16,161 nucleotides of DNA from IMG/VR virus record IMGVR_UViG_3300044833_000300; one strand, written 5' to 3'. A program made the translations under genes and the position numbers. Under the pieces are notes generated by a model. It did not search any database, had not been told where the DNA came from, and saw only the letters and a list, made by a program, of their open reading frames with translations. Below, in pieces: positions 14,430-16,161 of this stretch (its first letter is position 1; every line of letters starts with the position of its first letter). The stretch is from a virus.

Positions 14430-14524
14430 TGGGTGTGTCTCCTCACTTAGGGGGCAGGAAATCAGCAAACTCCCCTCGGTGAAACAAGCGATTATCTAAG
14501 TCTTGTTATAGGAAGGACTTTCCA

Positions 14525-15493
14525 ATGATCGCTTTGACGAATGGCAAGACGCTCACCGCCGGGGACCTCGCCATCTTGGTGCGCGACGCGCAGGGAAATT
14601 TGCTGGACCCGCAGAACATCACTTACTCGATCTTCCAAATCAGCCAGGCGCTCCCCGTAAAGCCCACGCAAGCCTACGAGTACGACACTTTGCAGCCGCA
14701 AAATATGAAAGGCGGCCCGCCCTTGCCGCCCGAGGGGCTCACGCTCGTGGGCATGCCCAACGTCATCCCCTGCCGCGCTTCCCAGGGGGCGTATTTCGCG
14801 AACATCACCGTGCCCCCCACGTGGCAAGGCATCTTCCGGCTGACGTGGTACCTCCAGCAGTACCCGGCTTCGCCCGTGGACCAAGTGTACGAGGACTTCG
14901 CGGTGCAGGCGGTCGATCCGCTGGACCCGGCGTTCGAAGCCCCGTCCATGCTCGTGGGGCAGGCCCGCAGCATCGCCAGCGGCGGCCAGCAACCGCCGCC
15001 TTATTCCCCGATGCTGCTGTACGCCAAGGCCGTCAAGTACGTGCGCATCCTGCTGCGGGACAACAACCCCGACCGCAACTACCATTTCCGGCCGCCGACG
15101 CCCGGCAAGGTGGTGGCGGGCTACACCACCCGCGTGGGCTTCATCTGGATGGACGAGGACATCCTGATGAACCTGGACATGGCCATCAGCAAGCTCAACA
15201 CTTGGAACCCCATGAACTACACGGGCTGGACGCTGGACACCATCCCCGCGGACTGGGGGAGGGCGGCGGCGCTCGGGGCGGCCGCGCTGTGCCTCTTGGG
15301 CGAGTCGGCCCGCTGGACGGCCGACGAGTTCAGCTACAGCCTGAACGGCGTGTCCCTGGACATCAACAAGTCCGGCATGTACCAGACGCTGGGCACCACC
15401 TACGACACGCAGTTCACCACGTGGGCTCCATTGCTCACGGCCAACCGCCCGTTCAGCGCCGGACTTCGCCAGCAACGCTGGCTTTTGGGATAA
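14525..15493 (+). CDS. hypothetical protein (322 aa), possibly a virion or structural-type protein
   Basis: ATG with a GGAAGGA SD 7 nt upstream. Strong GC3 bias. Divergent from the minus-strand gene. The antisense ORF 14492..15670 is a shadow. Confidence 0.65.
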   Translation: MIALTNGKTLTAGDLAILVRDAQGNLLDPQNITYSIFQISQALPVKPTQAYEYDTLQPQNMKGGPPLPPEGLTLVGMPNVIPCRASQGAYFANITVPPTWQGIFRLTWYLQQYPASPVDQVYEDFAVQAVDPLDPAFEAPSMLVGQARSIASGGQQPPPYSPMLLYAKAVKYVRILLRDNNPDRNYHFRPPTPGKVVAGYTTRVGFIWMDEDILMNLDMAISKLNTWNPMNYTGWTLDTIPADWGRAAALGAAALCLLGESARWTADEFSYSLNGVSLDINKSGMYQTLGTTYDTQFTTWAPLLTANRPFSAGLRQQRWLLG

Positions 15494-15526
15494 GTGATTT
15501 GTTTTCAACAAGTTACTAAGGAATGA

Positions 15527-16066
15527 ATGCATAAGAACCTCAAGAACCGGATTGGTCAAATATTCGGCAGATTGACTGTCGTCGCGTACGCGGGGAAGAG
15601 ACCTGTTGGCAAACAAGCTGCAAATTTTTGGTTGTGCCGTTGTGTCTGCGGCTCCGAAGTTGAAGTGCACGGCGGCAATCTAGTTACTGGAAATACCCAA
15701 AGCTGTGGATGCCTCTGGCACGAAACGCCTCGCAATCAAAAACGTCCTTTTGAAAATGCTTTTAACTCTCTGCTTTGGCAAGCTAAGCATCGCGGAATAG
15801 AAGTAAACCTTTCCTATGCGGAGTTTCTGAACTTCACAAAATCCCCAACGTGTCACTATTGTGGTGAAACCGTAACGTGGAAACCGTACGGATCGCAGGC
15901 ATCCCAACTAGATCGCATAGACAACACTCTTGGATATTCCGTGTCCAATTGCGTGACCGCGTGTGCGACATGCAACCGGATGAAAAACGTTTTGGGATAT
16001 CGAGCTTTCATCTCGCAATGTAAAAAAGTCGCTCTTCAACACCGGGAGGCGGCCCATGGCGCATAG
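15527..16066 (+). CDS. HNH-family (homing-type) endonuclease
   Basis: The N-terminal GRLTVVAYAGKR...FWLCRCVCGSEVEVHGGNLVTGNTQSCGC is typical of phage HNH endonucleases. The C-terminal QLDRIDNTLGYSVSNCVTACATCNRMKN is an HNH motif with zinc-binding Cys pairs. GC is about 47% against about 62% for flanking genes. Confidence 0.8.
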   Translation: MHKNLKNRIGQIFGRLTVVAYAGKRPVGKQAANFWLCRCVCGSEVEVHGGNLVTGNTQSCGCLWHETPRNQKRPFENAFNSLLWQAKHRGIEVNLSYAEFLNFTKSPTCHYCGETVTWKPYGSQASQLDRIDNTLGYSVSNCVTACATCNRMKNVLGYRAFISQCKKVALQHREAAHGA

Positions 16067-16161
16067 TCTTTTTCGTAAGATGGCTGAGATTCCGGCCCTT
16101 CAGAAAACGGAGGTACCGACTTCTAAAGAATATGATGCCGTGCGCTGGGTCTATCAATGGT
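16056..16161 (+). CDS. 5' end of a further CDS (MAHSLFRKMAEIPALQKTEVPTSKEYDAVRWVYQW...), runs off the window
   Basis: ATG with GGGAGG 6 nt upstream. Open to the window end. Overlaps the HNH gene end by 11 nt. Confidence 0.35.
   Translation, partial: MAHSLFRKMAEIPALQKTEVPTSKEYDAVRWVYQW

Noticed and set aside
14492-15670. 392-aa antisense ORF opposite the 322-aa gene (and 14821..15519 + off-frame)
   Set aside because: Shadow of the 14525..15493 coding frame. Arg/Gly/Pro-rich. No RBS.
1-16161. Search for CRISPR arrays, transposase or integrase genes, and att-like direct repeats
   Set aside because: No repeat-spacer periodicity, no DDE or tyrosine-recombinase-like ORF, and no long direct repeats were seen. 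The only mobile-element-like feature is the HNH endonuclease gene.

Overview
This is a high-GC (~60%) window that reads like part of a large tailed-phage (jumbo-phage-like) genome or a phage-derived island. Genes are densely packed on the + strand and carry strong GGAGG-type ribosome-binding sites. From 5' to 3' it contains: (1) a tRNA array at about 133-982, comprising tRNA-Ile(GAU), a second GAU-anticodon tRNA, three consecutive tRNA-Thr (CGU, GGU, UGU) separated by identical GATTT spacers, a 180-nt structured gap, and two tRNA-Gln(UUG)-like genes; (2) a single-gene expression unit (sigma70-like promoter, 849-aa ORF, strong rho-independent terminator) whose product is an unmistakable homolog of the eukaryotic major vault protein (MVP); (3) a long operon of tightly coupled genes with ATGA/GTGA/TAATG start-stop overlaps, encoding a PP2C-family Ser/Thr phosphatase, a double-CxxC zinc-ribbon protein, a UvrD/PcrA-like SF1 helicase, the phage NAD+ salvage pair (NadM-type NMN adenylyltransferase fused to Nudix, then nicotinamide phosphoribosyltransferase) and many small or membrane proteins; (4) one reverse-strand gene convergent with the operon end; (5) a 322-aa hypothetical protein followed by a low-GC (~47%) HNH endonuclease gene typical of a mobile homing-endonuclease insertion. 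The six-frame track also contains many long antisense and off-frame shadow ORFs typical of high-GC DNA. No CRISPR array, transposase or integrase was seen. The most unusual item is the complete vault-protein homolog in a phage-like context. Other notable items are the NAD-salvage counter-defence pair, the phosphatase, the complete threonine isoacceptor set, and the unexplained structured RNA-like gap inside the tRNA array. All tRNA anticodon readings and protein-family calls rest on by-eye folding and comparison to remembered family motifs, and tRNA coordinates were counted by hand.
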